A stretch of 55,992 nucleotides of DNA, from the IMG/VR virus record IMGVR_UViG_3300037461_000368, positions 1 through 55,992 of that record; one strand, 5' to 3'. Under the pieces are notes generated by a model. It did no database searches, had not been told where the DNA came from, and saw only the letters and a program-made list of their open reading frames with translations. This document shows, piece after piece, positions 36,605 through 45,385 of this stretch (within the stretch, counting starts at the first letter, position 1; each line of letters opens with the position of its first letter). This DNA is from a virus. Its lineage: Duplodnaviria; Caudoviricetes. Made by a program: the position numbers and the translations under genes.

Positions 36605-37453
36605 ATGAGCCAGACGTTCAATCTGATCGACGGTGATACGGACACGGTATCGGATCTCGATACGCTCACGAACGACATGTGCTCGGCGTTGCGATCCTCT
36701 TTCTCGGGGACAAGCGCGCCGGGCACGATGGTCGGTGGGCAATGGTTCTTCAACACGAGCACGAAGAAGGTCTCCTTTTACGACGGATCGGACCTATATG
36801 CGATCTTCGACGGGAACGCGACCTATGGCGGCATGCTGCCTCTCTCGGCCGGGTTGAGCTATCCGATCACGGGGGACGTGTACCTGTCGAGCACGAACCG
36901 GATCAAGAACGTGGCCGCGCCTGAGGCCGACAACGACGTGACGACGAAGGGCTACGTGCGCGATTACATGATCGACGAGCACGGGCACGACGGTCTTGAC
37001 GGCGAGGGGCCGCGCATTGTCTGGAACACCCTGGCCGGTGGCGGGACGACGGGGAATACGCTAATCCAAATCGCGCACAATACGACGGACGTCCAAAATC
37101 GATCCCTCAACTACGCATTCACCTCGACCGGCGTCGCCGTCGCCTACGGTTCCTGGACGACCGTTCAATCGGCGAGCGTCTACACGAACGCGAACGAGAA
37201 GAAGTTCATCATCGCGTCGGCAACCGCGCCGCACGACACAGACCCGGTCTCGTACTGTAAGTATCAGATCCTGCGTGATTCAACGGTTGTCTTTGGTCCG
37301 TACACGCTCTCGTCAACGAGCCCCGGGTTCCTCTTCCTCGTCTGCATGAATCAGCCGAGCACGGCCGGGACGTACACCTGGGCGCTGCAAGGATCGTACG
37401 ACACGTCCGGCGGCGCGGGAACCTGGACCGAACGAGCAATCATGGTCATCTGA
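36605..37453 (+). CDS. Tail fibre/minor tail protein
   Basis: SSFSGTSAP...GQWFFNT, RIKNVAAP...D.TTKGYV, H.HDG. Confidence 0.7.
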   Translation: MSQTFNLIDGDTDTVSDLDTLTNDMCSALRSSFSGTSAPGTMVGGQWFFNTSTKKVSFYDGSDLYAIFDGNATYGGMLPLSAGLSYPITGDVYLSSTNRIKNVAAPEADNDVTTKGYVRDYMIDEHGHDGLDGEGPRIVWNTLAGGGTTGNTLIQIAHNTTDVQNRSLNYAFTSTGVAVAYGSWTTVQSASVYTNANEKKFIIASATAPHDTDPVSYCKYQILRDSTVVFGPYTLSSTSPGFLFLVCMNQPSTAGTYTWALQGSYDTSGGAGTWTERAIMVI

Positions 37454-37468
37454 AGGAGAGCATGAAAC

Positions 37469-37855
37469 ATGAGCGACATCCCAACCGTAACCCGTAATGC
37501 GCTGGCAAACCTCATCGCCGACGCGGCCGATGCCGGATCGACGTACGATCACCCGTACCTGTCGGTTCAGACGTCCGCACACGTCGAGGTTGCAAAGTGC
37601 GAGTTCACCGATACGACCGCGTTCGGCGACGCGGCGACCGGCGTCTGTACGGCGAACACGATCGATGACGATGACGACGCCGACGGCGGGGAGGCGACGC
37701 ACGTTGACCTCTGCGACCAGGACGGTACCGTCATCATCACGGGCGATCTGGGGACGACGGCATCGTACGACTTCCAGATCCTCGCAACGACGATCGGGGA
37801 ACACGACACGGTGCAGTTCTCGGCCTGCACGATCACCGTCCCGGCGTCGAGCTAG
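37469..37855 (+). CDS. Small fibre subunit 2 (paralog of 15430-15807)
   Basis: RNALANLIAD...AFGDAATGVCTA...TITVP. Confidence 0.7.
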   Translation: MSDIPTVTRNALANLIADAADAGSTYDHPYLSVQTSAHVEVAKCEFTDTTAFGDAATGVCTANTIDDDDDADGGEATHVDLCDQDGTVIITGDLGTTASYDFQILATTIGEHDTVQFSACTITVPASS

Positions 37856-37866
37856 GAGCATAGCCC

Positions 37867-39357
37867 ATGACCTTCTCTCTTGCGACGGCACGCAAGGCGA
37901 CGTGGACGGAGGCGGGGATCCCGACCGGCATCCCGACGGTGACGACAGTCGGGGCAAACGTCAAGACATGGGGAGCTGTCGGCAACGGGACGACGGACGA
38001 TACGACGGCGTTCGAGCGCGCCATCTCGAACACGGCATGGTCGGCGTCGTCGCCGAAACTGCTCTACGTCCCGGCGGGGACGTACAAGCTCACGCGCACG
38101 ATCACGATCCCATCGGGCTGCGTCGTCTCGGGCGACGGATCGGAATCGACGACGCTCTCGCATAACCTTAATGGTGCATGGGACACCAACAACTTTCAGC
38201 TTGAAGGCGCGGGATACGGAACGGGGTACTCCTTATCGAGCGGCTACACGAAGGGCTCCTCGGCGATCGTCTGCTCGAACGCTTCGCAGTTCACGGCCGG
38301 GAACATTATCGAACTCTACGAAGAGAACGATCCGTCGATCATGTATACGAAAGCGGAGTGGAATGTCTCCTGGGCGCAACAGATGCCGAGCGAGCAGAAT
38401 ATCGTCTCCTCAGTCGTCGGGACGACAATAAATCTAACGTATCCGCTCATTCGCACATTTCGTGCAGCATTCAGTCCGCGCGTCCGCAAGGTCACCTGCA
38501 CAACGTCTGCCGGGTTTCAGTACGTGAAGGTGCATCGCGTAGACGATTATGTCTTGCCGGACCCGGACTTCAAGCCTAGCGAATGGAACGCGCTCATATA
38601 CGCTCGGGCCGTTCATCGTTGCTGGGTCTATCGGTGCGAGCTTTCCTATGCGTGTCACAAGTCGCTACTCTGGAATCGATGCTCGCAGTGCGAAGTGCGC
38701 GCAAACTACATTCATCACGCACATCGGTATAGGGGAAACCAGGGAGACGGAATAAGCTTCTGTGAGCGCGCAACACGCAATCTTGTCGTAGACAATATCC
38801 TTTTCCATCTTAACGCCCTCTTTCTCGACAAGGGCGCGATCGGGAACGTCTACTTTGCGAACCATAACTATGAGCCATGGGACACGCGCGGAGGCGGGGA
38901 GGCGGTAGACGACAACGATTACAGTTTCGACTTCCATGGGCATTACGCGACGTTCAATCTCATGGAGCACAACACGATGGGGAACTCATCGAACGCGGGC
39001 TACTGGGGGCCGTGCCCCAACAACACCTGGTTTCGGAATCGAATCTGGAATCGGAGGATTCAGGAGAAAGACCCCTGCGATAACACGAACTACATCGCCA
39101 ACGAACTGACGAATCCCGGCGAGACGATCCGCGTGTATAGCACCTCAACCGGCACGCTCTTGCACGGTAACATGTACGCCGGGCAGATCAACTGGGCCTC
39201 GGGCGAGGACCAGACCTTGCCAGCGTCGTTCTACGCGGCCTCCAAACCCTCCTGGTGGGGTGACGAGAAGTGGCCAGCGATCGGCCCGGACGTGGTTCAC
39301 GGCATCACCCCGGCCGAACGGCGGTGGATCACGGGAGCGTACGTCGAGCAGCCGTGA
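37867..39357 (+). CDS. Pectate-lyase-like beta-helix protein (tailspike/depolymerase)
   Basis: NVKTWGAVGNGTTDDTTAFERAI...LYVPAGTY...GDG. Confidence 0.8.
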   Translation: MTFSLATARKATWTEAGIPTGIPTVTTVGANVKTWGAVGNGTTDDTTAFERAISNTAWSASSPKLLYVPAGTYKLTRTITIPSGCVVSGDGSESTTLSHNLNGAWDTNNFQLEGAGYGTGYSLSSGYTKGSSAIVCSNASQFTAGNIIELYEENDPSIMYTKAEWNVSWAQQMPSEQNIVSSVVGTTINLTYPLIRTFRAAFSPRVRKVTCTTSAGFQYVKVHRVDDYVLPDPDFKPSEWNALIYARAVHRCWVYRCELSYACHKSLLWNRCSQCEVRANYIHHAHRYRGNQGDGISFCERATRNLVVDNILFHLNALFLDKGAIGNVYFANHNYEPWDTRGGGEAVDDNDYSFDFHGHYATFNLMEHNTMGNSSNAGYWGPCPNNTWFRNRIWNRRIQEKDPCDNTNYIANELTNPGETIRVYSTSTGTLLHGNMYAGQINWASGEDQTLPASFYAASKPSWWGDEKWPAIGPDVVHGITPAERRWITGAYVEQP

Positions 39358-40304
39358 GACACTGGCTCTTACATCCCAAGGTCGCACGGCATACGACCTT
39401 CTCAGCCGGAGAGATTCGGGCCGAGGGGTTCAGGCGCGGCATCGATATCACGATTGGGAACAGGCCGCCCGACCTGAAGAAGTACGAGCTGTGCGTCTCC
39501 TGGCCGATCAAGTGGCGCGAGGAAAAGAACCTTGTCATCGAGACGGGCTTTTTCCACACAGCCTGCCACCTGGACCCCTGTGGCCTATGGAAGCTCTGCT
39601 CGCTCAACACGAACGCGGCACAGGAGGCGATCTCATCCTTCCGGCCGTTGCGTCGAGCGCAGGACGTCATCGCGGCGCACCCGAAGGTCTACCCGAACAA
39701 GTACGAGCAGACCGAGCGACGGAGAGACTGGGAGGGCGTGGTCCTCGCCGCGCAGATCCCGCACGATCGCGCGGTGACGCACTGCTCGCCGTCGGCATCG
39801 ACCGACGAATACTGGCAGTTCATTCGCAACGCCTGCCAATACTACGGCAAGGACCTGTTCCTGAAGATCCACCCGAAGTGCGTCGGGCAATCGGCGAACG
39901 ATCACGCAGCGATCGCGCACCAGTGCGGCTGCGCCGTCGGCGACGTCGGGCTGGACGTGCTCGACAAGTGCCGGTTCGTCCTGACATACAACTCAACCTG
40001 CGCCGTTGACGCCTGGCTCAGAGACAAGCGCGTGGTGCAGTTCGCGCCGGGGTATTTCTTCCGTACCGGAGCTGTGACGTTCACGCACCGTGCGATCGGG
40101 AAGGAGCCGGAGGATACGCGCGAGCGTGAGCAGCAGCTCCTTGATTTCCTCTTCTGGCGATACTGCTACTACGAGCACATGTCCGTTGTCGAGTTCGTCG
40201 ATATGCTCGAAGCGTTCGCGCGTGCGGACGACGGGGATCTCTTCCCCCTGCCTGAGAGCTTGTCGTACGGTTCCATGTTTCACAGGAGGGACACGCCGTC
40301 ATGA
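39354..40304 (+). CDS. Capsule-biosynthesis (KpsC/KpsS-like) glycosyltransferase-fold protein
   Basis: IETGFF, AAQIPHD, LKIHP, TYNSTCAVDAWL..K.V motifs. Confidence 0.6.
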   Translation: MRHWLLHPKVARHTTFSAGEIRAEGFRRGIDITIGNRPPDLKKYELCVSWPIKWREEKNLVIETGFFHTACHLDPCGLWKLCSLNTNAAQEAISSFRPLRRAQDVIAAHPKVYPNKYEQTERRRDWEGVVLAAQIPHDRAVTHCSPSASTDEYWQFIRNACQYYGKDLFLKIHPKCVGQSANDHAAIAHQCGCAVGDVGLDVLDKCRFVLTYNSTCAVDAWLRDKRVVQFAPGYFFRTGAVTFTHRAIGKEPEDTREREQQLLDFLFWRYCYYEHMSVVEFVDMLEAFARADDGDLFPLPESLSYGSMFHRRDTPS

Positions 40305-40528
40305 GACGCGCACTGGTCGGAACGGTCGTGGCGCTGCTGCTCTGCGCCGGGTGCAGCATCAATCGGGAGTTCGTCTACGCCGTCGATACGTCGTGGTCGG
40401 TCATCGGCCCCGAGTACACGGCGTACGTTGACGCCGACCCACGCCTTGACGAGACGTCGAAGGCGATTCGGAAACGGACGGCAGAGACGCTGACGCGGCT
40501 CATCGAGAAGGCAAAGGAGCAGGAGTAA
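40301..40528 (+). CDS. Small lipoprotein (lysis-associated, spanin-like?)
   Basis: Signal peptide with lipobox CAGC. Confidence 0.65.
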   Translation: MRRALVGTVVALLLCAGCSINREFVYAVDTSWSVIGPEYTAYVDADPRLDETSKAIRKRTAETLTRLIEKAKEQE

Positions 40529-40863
40529 TGAGCGAATACTGGGACGAGATCCTGGATAAGGTCGAGGCCGAGGTTCGGCCGATCCTTCAGGAGTTCATCG
40601 CGGGCGTCGCTGTGGACCTCGGGACGGGCATCGACGCTTACGCGCGGCTCGTCTCGGATGACATGGTTAAGTGGGTCGCCGCGAACATGGGTAGCGACGA
40701 CGAGACGGCGAAACGGAACCTGCGGCACCTACGCGCCATCCTCGTCAACCTGGCCGTGACCGAGCACATTCAGCTTCACAATAAAACGCTCGACGTGTTA
40801 GAGAAGGGGATAGGGATCGTGCTGCGCGTCCTGATATCGGCGTTGCGGATCACACTCGTATAA
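40528..40863 (+). CDS. Hypothetical protein with hydrophobic C-terminus
   Basis: TAATG coupling. Confidence 0.6.
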   Translation: MSEYWDEILDKVEAEVRPILQEFIAGVAVDLGTGIDAYARLVSDDMVKWVAANMGSDDETAKRNLRHLRAILVNLAVTEHIQLHNKTLDVLEKGIGIVLRVLISALRITLV

Positions 40864-40876
40864 GGAGAAGTCGGAC

Positions 40877-41104
40877 ATGCTCGCGTTTATCAATTCGGCC
40901 GGCGGTCGGAAGTTCTTGCTAACGGTGCTCGTGACAATCGTTCTCGCGTTGCGTAATGTGCTCGGTCTCGACGATCTCGCGATCAAGCTCATCGCGGGAA
41001 TCACCGGGGTCGGGGTCGGCGCGATCGCGATTGAAGACGGGTTGAAGGCGGTAGGCGGGACGAGGGCGGCCGAGCCGACGCTGCCGCCACCGCCACAACC
41101 ATAA
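40877..41104 (+). CDS. Holin-like 2-TM protein
   Basis: GRKFLLTV..., two hydrophobic helices; last gene of the late operon. Confidence 0.6.
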   Translation: MLAFINSAGGRKFLLTVLVTIVLALRNVLGLDDLAIKLIAGITGVGVGAIAIEDGLKAVGGTRAAEPTLPPPPQP

Positions 41105-41157
41105 GACACCCCACCTCCTGAGCGTCTCTTTTTCGGTTTGCCGCCGGTGCTCTTGCG

Positions 41158-41409
41158 TCAGGTCTCCTGGGTGCCGGCGGCCTTTTCTTCCTGCCGCCGC
41201 TCTTCCTTCATCGCAAGCAGCTCCTCGGCCTGCTCGCGTATCTTCGCCGTCATGCCGGCGTAGGCTGCGTAATGGTTGCAGTCGAACGTGCAGCCGATCG
41301 GCTTATCGCCACGCGCAATCTTCATGACGCATACGACCGATTGCGCGGCGTAGTGCAGGCACTGCCACGGGCACCCAACGAACTTCGACCTGCTTTCATC
41401 GTCGATCAT
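41158..41409 (-). CDS. Small Cys-rich hypothetical protein
   Basis: GAGGT RBS; CPWQC, C..DC. Confidence 0.55.
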   Translation of the reverse strand: MIDDESRSKFVGCPWQCLHYAAQSVVCVMKIARGDKPIGCTFDCNHYAAYAGMTAKIREQAEELLAMKEERRQEEKAAGTQET

Positions 41410-41744
41410 AGTACCTCGATTCTTGCGTCACGATTCGACCAGCACCAGGAACGGAACAGCGTCAGGAGCCGGAACGCCTGCCGCTCGCGTTCCGTCCGGC
41501 AGCCCTGGAGGGCGACCAGGCCGTATGCGAGCCCGTTTAGCGCGTCTCCGCACCGCATGCCGTCAATGCAGGCGAGACCACGCAGCGGGCAGAGCGCGTG
41601 CGATAAGAGCGGCTCAAGCTCAACCGGGATATCCATGGCGGCGATGTCCGAGTCCTCATTATCCCCATGCCACGTCTCGTGGTGGGTCGCGACGAACGGG
41701 ATCTCGTCCGTCTCGGGATCGCGCAGAACGACGTGGAAGACCAT
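41406..41744 (-). CDS. Hypothetical protein
   Basis: TGATG coupling to the upstream ORF. Confidence 0.5.
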   Translation of the reverse strand: MVFHVVLRDPETDEIPFVATHHETWHGDNEDSDIAAMDIPVELEPLLSHALCPLRGLACIDGMRCGDALNGLAYGLVALQGCRTERERQAFRLLTLFRSWCWSNRDARIEVL

Positions 41745-42253
41745 CAGCGGAAAAGGAACGTGCAGCCGCCAGGCTTCTCCGGCTTCGCCCAGGTCTTTTG
41801 CGCGTACTTCCAGTCGGTCCAATCGGACCATACCGATGCCACGGTGGCGACTCGCGCACGGAACCGATAGAGACCGTCCGGCAGCGCGGTCATGACAGTG
41901 TAGACGGCGATCCGTTCCACGCCATCGACCGTCGTCCACGGCAGCTCTTGGCCTGTCCTCGTGACGCTGATCGTCTGCACGGCATCGAACGGCGTCACGC
42001 CTTTCGCGACCTCGATCTCCGCCTTCTCGATCGGGGTCGTCTGTACGTCCCATGCGAGCTTCACCGTCTCGGTGCCGAAGATTACGAACGGATCAATTGC
42101 CGTTCCCGTCCCGACCTGCACGGGGTCAGTCGCAAACAGCATCGTCCCCATCACTACGCCTGCAAGGTACCGCACCGTTCCATCCTTTCTGTTGTTGACC
42201 GTTGAGCTATGCGCGATCTCGCGTGCGAGTTCACGTATCGTCTCGTCGTGCAT
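41744..42253 (-). CDS. FN3-like domain protein, possibly exported
   Basis: LAWD...LPDGLYRFRARV...WSDW. Confidence 0.55.
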   Translation of the reverse strand: MHDETIRELAREIAHSSTVNNRKDGTVRYLAGVVMGTMLFATDPVQVGTGTAIDPFVIFGTETVKLAWDVQTTPIEKAEIEVAKGVTPFDAVQTISVTRTGQELPWTTVDGVERIAVYTVMTALPDGLYRFRARVATVASVWSDWTDWKYAQKTWAKPEKPGGCTFLFR

Positions 42254-42550
42254 AGGTCACCTCCCACCCCTTCCCGTCGCGCACGACGAGCACCCACTCG
42301 AACCAGGGATAGAGCGCGGCGGCGACCTTGAATTTCACTCGCGCGTCGTCCCGCATGAACCCCTTGACCTCGTGGAACTCGACGAGCCCATCGGCAAGGA
42401 TCACAAGGAAATCCGGTTTGTACCATGTGTCTTCGGCGAGCTTGAATGACGCCGGCTCGTAGACCCATGCCGCTATCTCCCCGGCGAGCCGCTTCAGTTC
42501 GAGCGTCTCGGCATAGCGTACTTCCGTCTTGGACCGGAAGCGCGCAATGC
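42231..42550 (-). CDS. DUF1064-like PD-(D/E)XK endonuclease (start uncertain)
   Basis: SKTEVRYA..L...YEP....YKPDF......HEVKGF...A.VKFK. Confidence 0.75.
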
Positions 42551-43291
42551 TTCGATCTCCGTGAGCTCTGGCAGGTACAACCTTGCACCCGGGAGTACGG
42601 TCTGGATGTCCGCCTTCTCCCACGTGGTAAGATTCGATAGCGGGTTGAGATTGAAAACGCCGCCGGGGAAAGCTCCAATGTCCTTGTACTCGAGCCAATC
42701 TTTTATCTCCTGGTGGTCGCGGGTATCGCCGCTTCGCTTCAGCGGCGCACAGCGGACGTCGCGTCCGCCGGTATCCTGTGTGCAATACTCGGCCGAGCCG
42801 ACAAAGTAGGCGTCGCAGCCGAGCAGGTAGACATTCTTCGCGCCGAGCTTTCGCGCCAAGACGACGGCCGCCGTCGATACCGTGTTGTTGCAGAAAAGCG
42901 AATCGTCGTCCATCTTCACGTCGCTACATTGCGCGAACTGGTGGTAGACGTGGACGCTTTCGCGTCGTTTAAAAGCCGTGCAGCCGTAGAGCCATTCGGC
43001 GCTCTTTCGCTTGCAGACGATCGCCGTCCACTCCTCATACGGATGTGGTTTGTATCGATCGGTGCAGGTGATATCGTTCCAAAGGTGATACGACGGCGGG
43101 AAGAGAAACACGGCATCGTTGAGCGCGATTGTCAGCCGGCCGTTCAGGAGCGAGAAGTCGAAGTCTCGCAGGCTCGTGCCGGTCCCGACCACGAAGACGT
43201 CCTCGCCTTCGCACTCGTTGCGTAGGGATATAATCGTACGCATCGGGTACTCAATTGAACTGCCGTGTAGCCGCTCGCTGTGACTTTGCAT
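42494..43291 (-). CDS. MAF/DUF115-like (sialyltransferase-type fold) protein
   Basis: VFVVGTGTSL, IALND, LGAKNVYLLGCD, NLNPLS. Confidence 0.7.
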   Translation of the reverse strand: MQSHSERLHGSSIEYPMRTIISLRNECEGEDVFVVGTGTSLRDFDFSLLNGRLTIALNDAVFLFPPSYHLWNDITCTDRYKPHPYEEWTAIVCKRKSAEWLYGCTAFKRRESVHVYHQFAQCSDVKMDDDSLFCNNTVSTAAVVLARKLGAKNVYLLGCDAYFVGSAEYCTQDTGGRDVRCAPLKRSGDTRDHQEIKDWLEYKDIGAFPGGVFNLNPLSNLTTWEKADIQTVLPGARLYLPELTEIEALRASGPRRKYAMPRRSN

Positions 43292-43427
43292 CGCACTCTT
43301 CCTCGATCTCCTTCTTCACGAAGAGAATGGCCGCCTGCATGCTCAGGAGCATGCTTGCTGTCTTCTCGGCGATCTCCGCGAGCGCCTCGGCGAAAAGCTG
43401 GAGCTGTTTCGATTTCTTGTTTTCCAC
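43251..43427 (-). CDS. Small hypothetical protein
   Basis: GTG with GGAGGAGG RBS. Confidence 0.5.
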   Translation of the reverse strand: MENKKSKQLQLFAEALAEIAEKTASMLLSMQAAILFVKKEIEEECDAKSQRAATRQFN

Positions 43428-43472
43428 GGTTCTTTCCTCCTCCCTGTGACGATGTGTATATGCGTATACGTC

Positions 43473-43625
43473 GCGAGCAGCGCGCATTCGTCCAGACCTA
43501 CGAATGTGGAACTTGGGCTATATGTGATAGTGCGTATGGCGCTGATACAGGCCGTGCGGTCTACGGCGCTCCTTTCTTTCCTTCTTTTCCAAGGGAACGA
43601 AACGGAGACCCTGCGCGCTGCTCGC
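43473..43625. ncRNA. Candidate structured ncRNA or cis-element (multi-branch, 14-bp closing stem)
   Basis: GCGAGCAGCGCGCA / TGCGCGCTGCTCGC enclosing 3-4 hairpins; non-coding. Confidence 0.5.
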
Positions 43626-43639
43626 TGCGGAACGTAAGA

Positions 43640-43701
43640 GAAAAGATGCGGGGCGGGACTCACAGGTAGGTGGTTAGACTTCAAGGAGGTGCCCGCCCCG
43701 C
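43640..43701 (-). terminator. Terminator-like hairpin (10-bp GC stem, 34-nt loop) after the methyltransferase gene
   Basis: GCGGGGCGGG/CCCGCCCCGC followed by ATCTTTTC on the minus strand. Confidence 0.55.
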
Positions 43702-43707
43702 GAGGTA

Positions 43708-44226
43708 TCATGCTCGGATCCCGTACCAGGTCGTCCCAGCCGGGCGGGGAATCGTCCCGACGGTCAAGGTCGGGAAGAGCTCGGCTGGAATAGCTCCCAG
43801 GATATCAGACTCCGAGAGATTGCGATAGTAGTTTCCTCCAGGTCCGGCCACTTTTGCGTACGCCTTCCCTTGCCCCCCGTGGGGCTTCCGGCCGGGTCCG
43901 GCGCAGGTCCCGAAGAAGAGCCCGCCAGGGGCCGTAAATCGCGCCATGGCTGCGAGCGACAGCTCCCAGTAGGGATCATGCTCAAGCGTCTCGGTCGAGA
44001 ACACGGTGCCAAATTGAGCGTCTGGCGCGAAGTCGTGCGCGAGCGCGACTACGTCCACGTTCGGACCAGGGACGGCGTCCACGCCGGTGAAGATACAGTC
44101 ATGAAAGAGCTCCCGGACGCTGCCGTTTATGTTGCGCGCGCCGATCTCGAGGACGCGCTGATCGCGGAAAAACTCCGGTCGAAGGCAGCGTATCATTTCG
44201 ACGAATGAACGGACTTCGGGATGCAT
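43708..44226 (-). CDS. Class I SAM-dependent methyltransferase
   Basis: VLEIGARNINGSVR, GVD..PGPNVD, STETLEHD, PGG. Confidence 0.85.
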   Translation of the reverse strand: MHPEVRSFVEMIRCLRPEFFRDQRVLEIGARNINGSVRELFHDCIFTGVDAVPGPNVDVVALAHDFAPDAQFGTVFSTETLEHDPYWELSLAAMARFTAPGGLFFGTCAGPGRKPHGGQGKAYAKVAGPGGNYYRNLSESDILGAIPAELFPTLTVGTIPRPAGTTWYGIRA

Positions 44227-44234
44227 ATGCGCTC

Positions 44235-44807
44235 CTATAGTTGTGCGAGCTCGCCTTCCATCTTGAAACGGTGAAACACATACAGACCCGGCAGCAGGTA
44301 GATACGCCTCCCGGATGCACGGATACGGCGGTGGATCTCATAATCGACGCGGCCGAACCCGTGCGGCGCGCCGCCGATCGCCGTCCATGTCGCCTTCGAT
44401 ACGGCGAAGAAAAACCCCGAGAACGGCATGCCGCGCTTGTCCTGCTCGACGTCGGTCACGTCGATGACCGCGGAGCCATGCTCACGCATACGGTCGTCTG
44501 CAATCTTGCAATGGTGAAGGATGCGATCGTCATCGCGGTTGACGTTGACGAGCTGCCACATGCTCTTCTTGGGGTTGAGCCGGTTCGTGCAGGCCACGAA
44601 AGCCCCGGCGCCGGGGTCGTTCGCGATCGCGGCGGCAATGACGCGGAACCACTTACGCGAGCACAGCGCCACGTCATGGTCCATCATGACGGCCCAGTCG
44701 TCCACGCCGAGCAGCGCCATGGCCTTGTTGTACGCGAGTCCGACGTCCATCCCCGGCGGGTCCCCCTCGCAAGGCTCGCAGTGCGGCATGAAGATGTAGA
44801 TACTCAC
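44235..44807 (-). CDS. GT-A/GT2-like glycosyltransferase
   Basis: GLAYN, MMDHDV (DxD), SGFFFAV, VD, LPGLYVFH. Confidence 0.7.
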   Translation of the reverse strand: MSIYIFMPHCEPCEGDPPGMDVGLAYNKAMALLGVDDWAVMMDHDVALCSRKWFRVIAAAIANDPGAGAFVACTNRLNPKKSMWQLVNVNRDDDRILHHCKIADDRMREHGSAVIDVTDVEQDKRGMPFSGFFFAVSKATWTAIGGAPHGFGRVDYEIHRRIRASGRRIYLLPGLYVFHRFKMEGELAQL

Positions 44808-45385
44808 CCCTTGATCTCCTTCCCGTATGGTTCTTCCCAGTGGCTCCAATGGAAGACGTACCAGCCCGGGAGCAGGTAGACGCGCCGACCGGCCGCCCGC
44901 AGGCGCCGGTGGATCTCCCAGTCGCACTCGCGTATCCTGGTAATGGGCCCGATCTGCATCCACGCCTTCTGCTGGATCACGAACGCCATGCCTGAGAGCG
45001 GCTTGTGCCCGGCCTGCTCGATATCGGTGACGTCGATCGTCTTCGTGCCGTGCTCTTTCGCGAGCCGCGCGCCGAGCGCGAAGTGCTTCACGATATCGCG
45101 TTCGTACTCGTACTCCTCGGGGACCATCTGCCAGGACGAGACCCAGCGCATGAGCCGGTTCGTCATGGCGCAGAAGGCTCCGGCCTCGGGGTGCTCACCG
45201 ATCGCCTTTCGCAAGAGCCGGTCCCACGTCGTGCGTGTCGTCTGGCAAACGTCCTGGTCCATGACGCAGAGCCAGCAGTCAGGATCGAAGTGCCAGAAGA
45301 GCTCGTTGTATCCGCAGCCGATATCGTATCCCTGCGGCTCCCCGGCGTCGGGTCGGCACATGGGGACTACGGTGTAGAGTTGCAC
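44804..45385 (-). CDS. GT-A/GT2-like glycosyltransferase (tandem paralog)
   Basis: GCGYN, VMDQDV, SGMAFVI, LPGWYVFH; clearly paralogous to the previous gene. Confidence 0.7.
   Translation of the reverse strand: MQLYTVVPMCRPDAGEPQGYDIGCGYNELFWHFDPDCWLCVMDQDVCQTTRTTWDRLLRKAIGEHPEAGAFCAMTNRLMRWVSSWQMVPEEYEYERDIVKHFALGARLAKEHGTKTIDVTDIEQAGHKPLSGMAFVIQQKAWMQIGPITRIRECDWEIHRRLRAAGRRVYLLPGWYVFHWSHWEEPYGKEIKG

Noticed and set aside
6493-41104. Stop-codon reassignment
   Set aside because: TAA, TAG and TGA all end well-defined genes, and core genes are uninterrupted
43473-43625. MITE or hammerhead ribozyme
   Set aside because: No target-site duplication or second copy; the CUGANGA/GAAA core is not correctly arranged
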